DNA of 64,000 nucleotides from Polynucleobacter sp. (lineage in GTDB: Bacteria > Pseudomonadota > Gammaproteobacteria > Burkholderiales > Burkholderiaceae): positions 40,154-104,153 of the forward strand of contig JBAXVK010000003.1 of NCBI GenBank assembly GCA_037129175.1, read 5' to 3'. The position numbers and the translations under genes are program-made. The notes under the pieces were generated by a model. It made no database searches. It saw nothing but the letters and a program-made list of their open reading frames with translations, and was not told the origin of the DNA. This document shows, in pieces, positions 1 through 8,772 of the stretch (position 1 is the first letter of the stretch; each line of letters opens with the position of its first letter).

Positions 1-786
1 TTGGCTAATCCCCTGCAAGTGCTCGCCCCGGCATTGGTAAACAAAATACGCCCCGGTGGTCAAATTGTTTTATCGGGAGTGCTTGCTCGCCAAGCTGATG
101 AGGTCATTGCCACCTATAGTCAATGGCTAAGACTCTCAATCTGGAAAGAAAGTGATGGTTGGGTTTGCTTACAAGGTGTTCTACCCAAAGACAAACAGAA
201 GATCACAAATACTCTTTTTGTTGCACCTGCGCAAAAAAAAGGAATGAATTTCGCTTTACTAGCCTGCTTTTTTGTTCTCCTTCTTGTATTTAGTGAACAT
301 CTTTCTAGAAATTCTTTGCTTCCAGCATTAGCACCACAGGTGGATGGCACCAATTCTTTTTCAGTGACGGCATTTTCTATTTTGAAAGTTGTAGATGAAA
401 AAATATGTGGCGTACTAGGATGCGTAAATCGCCCTGTAAGCGATTTTGCTGCATGGAAAATAACTTCAGCCACACTATCGCCTGAAAACGCGCGAGAGGG
501 CCTTAAAAGTGGCGCAAATCAATCAATACTGCAAGTTGAAATACAAAATCGTCTTGCACTCGCTGTTTTACCCCCAAATTTAGAAATTTCGCTCACGGAT
601 GCAGAGGAATCTGAGATCAAACTAATTCGCTTCACTCCAAAAGAATGGTTACCCATTGCCTGGCAAGAATCTCACCTTGATTTTTTGCGCACTGGTATTG
701 CCTCAGGAGAGCTAATCCAAGCCGAATTACCAATCCAATTACCGCAGAATGCCGCTGGCTATCGAGTGAGGGTTGTTTACCCCTAA
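1..786 (+). CDS. prmA: C-terminus of ribosomal protein L11 methyltransferase running in frame into a membrane-anchored DUF3426-like domain (5' partial)
   Basis: First ~60 aa (ANPL..LAP...GG.IVLSGVLARQADEV...GWVCLQG) match the PrmA C-terminus. They are followed with no stop by a hydrophobic helix and a DUF3426-like beta domain ending GYRVRVVYP. Confidence 0.8.
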   Translation: MANPLQVLAPALVNKIRPGGQIVLSGVLARQADEVIATYSQWLRLSIWKESDGWVCLQGVLPKDKQKITNTLFVAPAQKKGMNFALLACFFVLLLVFSEHLSRNSLLPALAPQVDGTNSFSVTAFSILKVVDEKICGVLGCVNRPVSDFAAWKITSATLSPENAREGLKSGANQSILQVEIQNRLALAVLPPNLEISLTDAEESEIKLIRFTPKEWLPIAWQESHLDFLRTGIASGELIQAELPIQLPQNAAGYRVRVVYP

Positions 787-856
787 AAGATCCTCAATTG
801 TGCTTTTTCTTTATTCTTAACTCTGATTCATATTCATCTCTTACAGAAAGTAATTT

Positions 857-1816
857 ATGGCTAGCTTGATCTGTGGCTCTGTTGCCTACGACACCATCAT
901 GAACTTTGAAGGCAAATTTGCTGATCAAATCCTGCCTGAGCAGATTCATATTCTGAATGTAGCCTTCTTGGTGCCAACGATGCGCCGAGAATTTGGTGGT
1001 TGTGCGGGCAATATTGCCTATAACCTGAGTCTTTTGGGTGGAGACCCGATCATCATGGCAACTGTTGGTGGCGATGCAAAGCCCTACTTAGATCGACTCA
1101 AGCAATTGAAAATTGATATTAGCCACATTCGCCAAATTGATCAGGCGTTCACTGCGCAAGCAATGATTACGACCGATCGGTCCAATAATCAAATCACCGC
1201 CTTTCATCCAGGAGCTATGGATGAATCCCATCTCAACCAGGTTTCTGCAGTAGTTACCGAGCGGAGTAAAAATGCCAAAGGCACTGCTAAATTTGGAATC
1301 GTTGCGCCAGATGGTCGTCAAGGGATGTGGGAACACTGCCATCAATTAGCAGAAGCCAATATCCCGTTTATCTTTGATCCAGGCCAAGGCTTACCGATGT
1401 TTAATGGTCCAGAGCTGCTTGAGTTAGTCGAGATTGCAAGCTATCTGGCTGTGAATGACTATGAAGGTGAAATGCTTGCGCAAAGAACTGGGTTGAGCTT
1501 GGCAAAAGTCGCTGAACGAGTGAAGGCTTTGATTGTGACTAAAGGGGCTGAAGGTGCCGATATCTATTCTGCTGGTAAATGTATTTCTATTCCACCCGTA
1601 CCAGCGGTAAAAGTTACTGATCCAACTGGATGCGGCGATGCTTTTCGTGGTGGCTTACTTTTTGGACTAGAAAACAGTATGGACTGGGAAACTACGGGGC
1701 GCCTAGCCAGTCTGATGGGCTCAATCAAAATTAGTCATCAAGGACCACAAAACCACCAATTCTCCAAAGATCAGATTGCTGAGCAGTTCAAATCTGCTTT
1801 CGGCTTTAGCCTATAA
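857..1816 (+). CDS. PfkB-family carbohydrate/nucleoside kinase (adenosine kinase-like)
   Basis: GGCAGNIA, NDYE and DPTGCGDAFRGG PfkB signatures. Confidence 0.9.
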   Translation: MASLICGSVAYDTIMNFEGKFADQILPEQIHILNVAFLVPTMRREFGGCAGNIAYNLSLLGGDPIIMATVGGDAKPYLDRLKQLKIDISHIRQIDQAFTAQAMITTDRSNNQITAFHPGAMDESHLNQVSAVVTERSKNAKGTAKFGIVAPDGRQGMWEHCHQLAEANIPFIFDPGQGLPMFNGPELLELVEIASYLAVNDYEGEMLAQRTGLSLAKVAERVKALIVTKGAEGADIYSAGKCISIPPVPAVKVTDPTGCGDAFRGGLLFGLENSMDWETTGRLASLMGSIKISHQGPQNHQFSKDQIAEQFKSAFGFSL

Positions 1817-1855
1817 GGAAAGTTAAACCATCCCAAGCTAGGCTAGTTAGGCAAT

Positions 1856-1883
1856 AAAAAAGGGGTCTCATAGAGACCCCTTT
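1856..1883 (-). terminator. Intrinsic terminator, strongest on the minus strand, between the convergent pfkB and H1-like genes
   Basis: 9-bp stem aggggtctc/gagacccct with a 3-nt loop. U-run on the minus strand, short T-run on the plus strand. Confidence 0.85.
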
Positions 1884-1914
1884 GAACTTCTTACCACCCG
1901 TCTAAAGTTAAAAC

Positions 1915-2270
1915 TTAAGGACGAGTTCCAGTTGGGAAGGGCCAAGCAGCGGCAGTTGTTACTGATGCAGCTTTCTTAGCCGCGGGCTTTTTTACAGCAG
2001 GGCCCGCTTTCTTCGCAGCAGGTTTACTTACTTTTTTTTAGCTACACGCTTCTTTTTAGCAGCTGGACGCTTTTTAGCGGCTGGCTTCTTTTTTGCAGCT
2101 TTTTTAGCGGCTGGCTTCTTTTTAGCAGCTGGACGCTTTTTAGCGGCTGGCTTCTTTTTTGCAGCTGGACGCTTCTTAGCAGCAGGCTTCTTCTTAGCGG
2201 CTGGACGCTTCTTAGCAGCTACTTTTTTAGCAGCTGGTTTCTTTGCAGCAGGTTTTTTCTTTGTTGCCAT
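1915..2270 (-). CDS. Histone H1-like Lys/Ala/Pro-rich nucleoid protein; frame 0 stops at 2028 (80 aa), -1 frame continues to 1915 (118 aa total)
   Basis: AAKKxP repeats and a strong AAGGAG SD. The -1 frame from 2031 reads VSKPAAKKAGPAVKKPAAKKAASVTTAAAWPFPTGTRP*, with the AWPFPTG tail typical of Burkholderiales H1-like proteins. Confidence 0.85.
2041..2258 (-). repeat. Imperfect 15-18 bp coding tandem repeat (PAAKK[K/R])
   Basis: Repeated units such as gctaaaaagaagccagcc / gctaaaaagcgtccagct inside the H1-like gene. Confidence 0.85.
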
Positions 2271-2426
2271 GTGTGTTACTCCTTCACGTGAGGATTAGTA
2301 CGAACTAACGATTAAGAAGACCCGACCATTCATTTCCGCCTGGTTTTGCAACCAATTGGGCCTGACGAGCGAGCCATTCATCGGCGCGCGGCTTGATGCT
2401 AAGTGCTGCACGCTAATGAATCCTGG

Positions 2427-2462
2427 AAAAAAAGCCGTGGCCCCGAAGGACAACGGCTTTTT
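2427..2462 (-). terminator. Intrinsic terminator downstream of nrdAB with a cUUCGg tetraloop
   Basis: Minus strand reads AAAAAGCCGT-TG-TCC-TTCG-GGG-CC-ACGGC-TTTTTTT: a stem, a UUCG loop and a U7 tail. Confidence 0.8.
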
Positions 2463-2605
2463 AAATGTGCTGGAAAAAATAGAGAGAATAGCCCAAACAC
2501 CCTTGAGCAAGGGTTTTCGGATTTGAGTCTGATTTTGCTGACTTCTTAAACTATCCAACCGTCTAATCTCCTATTTAGCCGACTATGCGCTTGATACTTA
2601 CCTTA

Positions 2606-3790
2606 CTACTCCCAACTAAGCGCACCACCGGTTTGATACTCAATAACGCGTGTCTCAAAAAAGTTTCGTTCTTTCTTCAGATCAATCATTTCTGACATCC
2701 ATGGAAATGGATTCTCTTCATTTGGGAACATTGCGTCAAGTCCTATTTGCAAACATCTGCGATTACAGATGTATCTTAGGTACCCTTTGAACATCGGAGC
2801 GTTCAATCCAAGCACTCCTCGAGGCATCGTATCTTCGGCATAACGGTACTCTAATTCGACCGCTTTTTCGAAGATGGCTTTAATCTCATCTTTGAACGCG
2901 GAAGTCCATAACTGCGGGTTCTCCAGCTTGATTTGATTAATTAAATCGATGCCAAAATTACAGTGCATTGACTCGTCGCGAAGGATGTATTGATACTGCT
3001 CAGCAGCACCCGTCATTTTGTTTTGGCGACCCATTGCAAGTATTTGCGTAAAACCAACATAAAAGAACAAACCTTCCATTACGCAAGCAAAAACAATCAG
3101 CGAACGAAGTAATTTTTGGTCAGTTTCTAATGTGCCAGTCTTGAAATTTGGGTCAGTTAATACGTCAATATAAGGAATTAAGAACTGGTCTTTAGCGCGA
3201 ATTGACTCAATTTCGTTATACGCATTGAAGATTTCGCTCTGATCAAGACCCAAAGATTCAACAATATATTGATATGCATGGGTATGAATTGCCTCTTCAA
3301 AAGCCTGGCGCAATAAGTATTGGCGGCATTCTGGAGCGGTAATGTGGCGATAGGTACCCAAAACAATATTATTTGCAGCCAAAGAATCTGCGGTAGTAAA
3401 GAAACCTAGGTTGCGCTTAATAATGCGACGTTCATCTTCAGTTAGACCATTTGGATCTTTCCAAAGCGCGATATCGCGGTTCATATTGATTTCTTGTGGC
3501 ATCCAATGGTTTGCGCAACCAGCCAAGTACTTCTCCCAAGCCCACTTATATTTAAATGGAACCAGCTGATTTACGTCAGTCTTAGCATTAATCACGCGCT
3601 TATCAGCAGCATTCACACGCAAAGCTGCGCCACCAGATAATTTGGCGGCTTCTACTGGTGCAGATGCGGCAGTTTGTGGCGCCATTGCCACTTGATCTGG
3701 CTGTGGGCGTTGCGGCTCAGCTGCAATCGGCTGCGGTGCAAGGCTAACTTTCGCTAGCGCTGGAGCAACTTCCTCTTCCCAATTCAACAT
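2606..3790 (-). CDS. nrdB: Ribonucleotide reductase class Ia beta subunit
   Basis: [16 protein letters not shown] (radical Tyr retained), DESMH and NFFETRV motifs. Start set at ATG 3790, which has an upstream GGAGA SD. Confidence 0.95.
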   Translation of the reverse strand: MLNWEEEVAPALAKVSLAPQPIAAEPQRPQPDQVAMAPQTAASAPVEAAKLSGGAALRVNAADKRVINAKTDVNQLVPFKYKWAWEKYLAGCANHWMPQEINMNRDIALWKDPNGLTEDERRIIKRNLGFFTTADSLAANNIVLGTYRHITAPECRQYLLRQAFEEAIHTHAYQYIVESLGLDQSEIFNAYNEIESIRAKDQFLIPYIDVLTDPNFKTGTLETDQKLLRSLIVFACVMEGLFFYVGFTQILAMGRQNKMTGAAEQYQYILRDESMHCNFGIDLINQIKLENPQLWTSAFKDEIKAIFEKAVELEYRYAEDTMPRGVLGLNAPMFKGYLRYICNRRCLQIGLDAMFPNEENPFPWMSEMIDLKKERNFFETRVIEYQTGGALSWE

Positions 3791-3835
3791 AACTTTCTCC
3801 TCAATTCTTCTATTTCTGACCAATCGCCAAATTGC

Positions 3836-6808
3836 TTATTGGCATGCTTCACATTCATCAAAGCCGGCGTCCCCGGGGCGCATTGTGCACGCTGGGCCAT
3901 CTGCTTCTGCAGCACTTGCAGCTGCTGCATCTGTACCGTTTACCCCACCGCCACTCGATACGGAGTTCAATTGACCGCTAGCAACGGTTGATTTCTCAAC
4001 GTGAGTTGCAGCCATAGTACGGAGGTAATAGGTAGTTTTCAAGCCACGCAACCAAGCCAACTTGTAGGTGTCATCCAATTTTTTGCCAGATGCGCCACCC
4101 ATGTAGATATTTAATGACTGAGCTTGGTCAATCCACTTCTGACGACGAGAAGCTGCTTCAACCAGCCAGCTTGGCTCGACTTCAAAAGCAGTTGCATATA
4201 AATCACGCAAGTCTTGTGGAATACGATCGATCTTAGACAAAGTGCCGTCAAAATACTTTAAATCGGCAATCATGACTTCATCCCAGAGGCCGCGGTCCTT
4301 CAAATCACGAACCAAATACTCATTCACGACTGTGAACTCACCTGAAAGATTAGATTTCACGAATAAGTTCTGGAAAGTAGGCTCGATACAAGCAGAAACA
4401 CCAATGATGTTAGAAATCGTTGCTGTTGGCGCAATCGCTACGCAATTCGAGTTACGCATGCCATGCTGCTTGATACGAGCACGCAAATCGCTCCAATCCA
4501 TAGTAGAGGAGTTATCGACCTCTAAATAACCGCCACGTTCTTGAGCTAACAGCGCCACTGAGTCTTGTGGGAGGATGCCGCGATCCCATAAAGAGCCCTT
4601 ATAAGTACTGTATACGCCACGCTCTTCAGCCAATTCGCATGAAGCCTGATAGGCGTAGTAACAAACCGCTTCCATGGAAGAATCCGCAAACTTCACAGCC
4701 TCATCGCTAGCGTAGGGAATACGCTGCATGTGTAAACAATCCTGGAAACCCATGATGCCCATACCGACTGGGCGGTGCTTCAGGTTGGAATTACGCGCTT
4801 TAGCAACTGCGTAGTAATTGATATCGATGACGTTATCGAGCATACGCATCGCAGTACGCACAGTCTTTTGGAGCTTGTCGTGATCTAAAATCATCTTGCC
4901 GTTAGCGTCGGTGGTCATATGCGCTGTCAAGTTCACAGAACCCAAGTTACATACCGCAATCTCGGTCTCATTTGTGTTCAGAGTGATCTCTGTACACAAG
5001 TTAGAGGAGTGAACTACACCAACGTGCTGCTGAGGGCTACGAATATTGCAAGGATCTTTGAAAGTGATCCATGGATGGCCTGTTTCAAACAGCATACCAA
5101 GCATCTTGCGCCACAACTGCTGCGCAGGAATTCTGCGGAATGGCTTTAATTCACCACGATCCGCTTTTTGCTCATAGGCAACATAAGCTTCTTCGAAGGC
5201 TTTACCAAACTTATCATGTAAGTCAGGGGTATTGGATGGTGAGAACAAAGTCCAATCGCCATTTTCCATAACGCGCTTCATGAATAAGTCAGGAATCCAG
5301 TTCGAAGTATTCATGTCATGCGTACGACGACGATCATCGCCAGTGTTCTTGCGCAACTCTAAGAACTCTTCAATGTCTAAGTGCCATGTTTCCAAGTAGG
5401 CGCAAACTGCACCTTTACGCTTACCACCTTGGTTCACAGCAACTGCAGTGTCATTCACCACTTTTAAGAACGGCACAACACCTTGTGATTTACCGTTAGT
5501 ACCTTTGATGTGACTACCTAAGGCGCGCACATTAGTCCAGTCATTGCCTAAACCACCAGCAAACTTAGACAACAAAGCATTTTCTTTTAAAGCTTCGTAG
5601 ATCCCATCAAGGTCATCATCTACTGTAGTCAAGTAGCAGCTAGAAAGCTGTGGACGGGTTGTTGCTGAATTAAATAGAGTTGGCGTGCTGGACATGAAAT
5701 CAAATGTAGAGAGAATTTCATAGAACTCAATTGCACGAGCTTCGCGATCCATCTCATTCAGAGACAAGCCCATTGCTACACGCATAAAGAAAGCTTGTGG
5801 CATTTCAATGCGACGCTCTTCAATGTGCAAGAAATAGCGATCATACAAAGTTTGCAAACCAAGGTAGTTGAACTGCAAATCACGACTTGCATTCAGGGAG
5901 GCAGATAAACGTGGCAGATCAAACTCACGCATACGCGGATCTAACAACTCTGCAGAAATGCCTTCGTCGATGTATTTAGCAAAGTAAGTGCCATACTCAG
6001 CCTGTGTATCACCTTGTAATACTTCTTTACCAAAAATCTCTTTACGAATAACGTGCATCAAGATGCGCGCTGTCACCTGGCTGTATGCAGGATCTTTCTC
6101 AATCAAAGTGCGCGAAGCCAAGATCGCAGAGTCATACACTTGCGCCATTGGTACGCCATCGTACAAGTTCTTAATTGTTTCGGTGATGATTGGACTCGCA
6201 TCAATTTGATTACCTAAACCTTCGCAAGCTGCTTCAATCACAGTGCGCAAAGCAGCCATATCGAGCCACTTCTCTTCACCATCATCGGTAACCTTGATGC
6301 CATACTCACCAGCTTCTTTAGCCACTTGAGCATCTTGAGAAGCATCTTGTTGAGCCGCGCGCTCTTGATTACGCTTTTCACGATAGAGAACGTAAGCACG
6401 AGCAACATTGTGTTCACCACTACGCATCAAAGCCAATTCGACTTGGTCTTGGATATCTTCAATATGAAAAGTACCGCCATTCGGACGGCTGCGCAATAAG
6501 GCGCGTACTACAGCGTGTGTGAGCTGCTCAACTTGTTCACGCACACGTGCAGATGCTGCGCCTTGGCCGCCATTAACCGCTAAAAATGCTTTGGTTACTG
6601 CAATCGCAATTTTGGATGGCTCAAATGCAACAACAGAACCATTGCGGCGAATGATTTTGTAATCGGATAACTGGGTTGCCTCACCGCCGCCAACACCACC
6701 AGCTACGAAGCCAGCAGAAGGAGTTTGGTTAATCACTCCTGCAGGACTCATTCCTGGATTATTGGCTCCAGTTGGCTGGCCTGCTGACTGAGGGTTGGCG
6801 TATGTCAT
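3836..6808 (-). CDS. nrdA: Ribonucleotide reductase class Ia alpha subunit with two N-terminal ATP-cones
   Basis: TPTLFN, SSCYL, SNLCTEI, APTATIS, KTTYYLR motifs and C-terminal CEACQ. Two cone-like segments (IIRRNGSVVAF..., VTDDGEEKWLD...). Confidence 0.97.
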   Translation of the reverse strand: MTYANPQSAGQPTGANNPGMSPAGVINQTPSAGFVAGGVGGGEATQLSDYKIIRRNGSVVAFEPSKIAIAVTKAFLAVNGGQGAASARVREQVEQLTHAVVRALLRSRPNGGTFHIEDIQDQVELALMRSGEHNVARAYVLYREKRNQERAAQQDASQDAQVAKEAGEYGIKVTDDGEEKWLDMAALRTVIEAACEGLGNQIDASPIITETIKNLYDGVPMAQVYDSAILASRTLIEKDPAYSQVTARILMHVIRKEIFGKEVLQGDTQAEYGTYFAKYIDEGISAELLDPRMREFDLPRLSASLNASRDLQFNYLGLQTLYDRYFLHIEERRIEMPQAFFMRVAMGLSLNEMDREARAIEFYEILSTFDFMSSTPTLFNSATTRPQLSSCYLTTVDDDLDGIYEALKENALLSKFAGGLGNDWTNVRALGSHIKGTNGKSQGVVPFLKVVNDTAVAVNQGGKRKGAVCAYLETWHLDIEEFLELRKNTGDDRRRTHDMNTSNWIPDLFMKRVMENGDWTLFSPSNTPDLHDKFGKAFEEAYVAYEQKADRGELKPFRRIPAQQLWRKMLGMLFETGHPWITFKDPCNIRSPQQHVGVVHSSNLCTEITLNTNETEIAVCNLGSVNLTAHMTTDANGKMILDHDKLQKTVRTAMRMLDNVIDINYYAVAKARNSNLKHRPVGMGIMGFQDCLHMQRIPYASDEAVKFADSSMEAVCYYAYQASCELAEERGVYSTYKGSLWDRGILPQDSVALLAQERGGYLEVDNSSTMDWSDLRARIKQHGMRNSNCVAIAPTATISNIIGVSACIEPTFQNLFVKSNLSGEFTVVNEYLVRDLKDRGLWDEVMIADLKYFDGTLSKIDRIPQDLRDLYATAFEVEPSWLVEAASRRQKWIDQAQSLNIYMGGASGKKLDDTYKLAWLRGLKTTYYLRTMAATHVEKSTVASGQLNSVSSGGGVNGTDAAAASAAEADGPACTMRPGDAGFDECEACQ

Positions 6809-6879
6809 GTTTCTCCTGCTTATATATAGTTATTTGGACAAAATATCGTTAAAAAACAATGGGGCATTGCTGCAATAAA

Positions 6880-6895
6880 ACACTACATCTAGTGT
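6880..6895. promoter_or_regulatory. NrdR box 1
   Basis: ACACTACATCTAGTGT matches the acaCwAtATaTwGtgt consensus, upstream of nrdA. Confidence 0.9.
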
Positions 6896-6910
6896 TTTAA
6901 AACGCACTGG

Positions 6911-6926
6911 CTACTAAGTATAGGGA
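6911..6926. promoter_or_regulatory. NrdR box 2 (degenerate)
   Basis: CTACTAAGTATAGGGA keeps the C-T-A...T-A-G core and lies 31 bp from box 1, the usual tandem spacing. Confidence 0.6.
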
Positions 6927-7081
6927 AATATTTAATCTTTGGTAAGTTTTTTCTGACGAATACTGATAAGTATTTTTACGAAGCTTTGCTCTAATTTCGG
7001 AGTCATTTTGCTGCCGATTTTTTAGCCCTTTTTAGTTAAAGGCTAAAAAAGTGAGCGTATGCTCACATACAAAGATTTGGC

Positions 7082-7900
7082 CTACCGAGAAACCAATCCG
7101 AAAGGTATTTTTTCTTGCGAAATACCTGTCTCTTTTTGGAACTTTTCCCAATCAAAGTATTTTCCAGGATCCGTTTTTCGCTCTGGAGCGATATCGCTAT
7201 GCCCTGCAAACTGCAAGTTGGGATAAGCAATCTCTAATTTCTGAACGAGCTTTGTTAAAGATTGGTATTGAATACCCTCAAATGGTGTGTCACCATCACC
7301 CTCCAATTCAATACCAATCGAAAAATCATTACATCTATCTCTACCCATAAAATTCGATGCACCAGCATGCCACGCCCTATCTCGAGTCGAAACAAATTGG
7401 ATTAATTCTCCTGTGCGCGTAATCAAAAAATGGCTAGAAACTTTTTGGTTTGCGATCTGAGCAAAATAGGAATGTACATTTGGATCTAACGTATTTTGGA
7501 AAAAACTCACAATGTGCTGACTCGTTGTCTGACTTTTAAATTCACCGGGCGGCAAGCTAATGTGATGAATCACGACTAAGTTGGGCTTTACTTCATCTGG
7601 CCTTGCATCTTTGTTTGGAGAAATACGCCAGGCTGCGGTGCCAATCCAGCCTTGCTCGTCCAATAAACTTAAATGCTCTTTTGAACAATAAAACCGACCA
7701 TCATTGATGATGGCATCCGGCTGAGGTAGATGTACTTTGCAATATTGACACTGCACCATTGCTCCCGACTCGGCTAGCTTCTGATCCTGATTGGGGCTGG
7801 GATTGCTTGATTTCTGCCGATCAAATTTCGCCTGCTTTTTTCCCTTAAGCCAAAAATAAAAAAGGGCCGCTCCGACAAATAGTAAAAACCATTTAAGCAA
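7082..7900 (-). CDS. ampD: 1,6-anhydro-N-acetylmuramyl-L-alanine amidase AmpD fused to an N-terminal PP0621-like TM/Cys-cluster domain
   Basis: C-terminal part has VIHHISLPPGEF, VSSHFLI, AWHAG, NDFSIGIELEG, GHSDIAPERKTDPG. N-terminal part has a TM helix plus CQYCKVHLP...YCSKEH. The TTG start is uncertain. Confidence 0.9.
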   Translation of the reverse strand: MLKWFLLFVGAALFYFWLKGKKQAKFDRQKSSNPSPNQDQKLAESGAMVQCQYCKVHLPQPDAIINDGRFYCSKEHLSLLDEQGWIGTAAWRISPNKDARPDEVKPNLVVIHHISLPPGEFKSQTTSQHIVSFFQNTLDPNVHSYFAQIANQKVSSHFLITRTGELIQFVSTRDRAWHAGASNFMGRDRCNDFSIGIELEGDGDTPFEGIQYQSLTKLVQKLEIAYPNLQFAGHSDIAPERKTDPGKYFDWEKFQKETGISQEKIPFGLVSR

Positions 7901-7903
7901 GGA

Positions 7904-8752
7904 TCATGCTCTCTGAAGAACTACTTCCAATACAAACCGACTGCCAACATAAGCAAGTAGTAAAACAACATAGGCACTCAATACCCAACGTATTGCCGCC
8001 CAACCTCGCAAACCAACCCACCAACGAGCGATGAGTAAACCAGCAAACAAGATCCAGGAGACGAGTGCAAAAATAGTTTTATGGTCAAACACAAAAGGCT
8101 TACCAAATAAAACCTGTGAAAAGAAAAGACCAGAGAAAATGGTCATCGTTAAGAGTCCAAAACCAACATACAGCAAATTGAATAGCAGGCTCTCCATCAT
8201 CATCAGAGGTGGCAAATCTTCTAACCAATGCGCGAGACGACTATTGGGAACGATAGCCAGTTGACGATGCAGAGCGCGATCATAAACACTCATTAACATT
8301 GCCTGCATAGCCGCTAAACTTAATAAGCCCACAGAAATAGTTGCCACAATAAAGTGCGTCTTGAACCAGGGATCCGAAACAGCCACAGGTGAAATCAATA
8401 CCCCTGGGAAAAAAATTGGGAGCAAAGAACACGCTAAAGCAAACAATATTGACATCCAAAGCATGCTGGCAATTGGTAAAAACCAAGATTGGAACCAATA
8501 AAATGCTAAGCCTACCCAGGCAATTAAGGATAAGTCCTGAGCAAAGCCAAAGACGAAACCTGCGGGTGTAAAGACAGAATCATGTAATTCGATTCCGTGG
8601 AGTATCAAAATCACGAAAATGCATGCCTGCATCAGCCCAGCAGGGACGGCAGATCCCTTGCCAGCCCTAGTCCTCTGGCTCAAAAAGAGCAGTAAAAGTA
8701 AATAGAGGATCGGGGGAAGCCAGCCGAAACTTGAGTAACCTAAAATATCCAT
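7904..8752 (-). CDS. YpjD/CcsA-like cytochrome c assembly family inner-membrane protein
   Basis: Multi-TM protein with HKTIFALVSW..GLL..RW..GLRG and YVGSRFVLEV motifs; divergent from ffh. Confidence 0.85.
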   Translation of the reverse strand: MDILGYSSFGWLPPILYLLLLLFLSQRTRAGKGSAVPAGLMQACIFVILILHGIELHDSVFTPAGFVFGFAQDLSLIAWVGLAFYWFQSWFLPIASMLWMSILFALACSLLPIFFPGVLISPVAVSDPWFKTHFIVATISVGLLSLAAMQAMLMSVYDRALHRQLAIVPNSRLAHWLEDLPPLMMMESLLFNLLYVGFGLLTMTIFSGLFFSQVLFGKPFVFDHKTIFALVSWILFAGLLIARWWVGLRGWAAIRWVLSAYVVLLLAYVGSRFVLEVVLQRA

Positions 8753-8772
8753 ATGGAAAGTCTAATCGATAA

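Noticed and set aside
2295-2558. 87-aa minus-strand ORF between nrdB and the H1-like gene
   Set aside because: No recognisable motif or SD, and a strong UUCG terminator sits in its middle. It is probably not coding, though not fully excluded.
3836-6808. Possible class Ic RNR, or an intein or intron in nrdAB
   Set aside because: NrdB keeps the Asp ligand and the radical Tyr. NrdA length is explained by two ATP-cones and low-complexity ends, and no splicing motifs were seen.
7018-7050. Inverted repeat tttttagcc...ggctaaaaa after ampD
   Set aside because: The T-run precedes and the A-run follows the stem on both strands, so it is not a canonical terminator. No other supporting signal.
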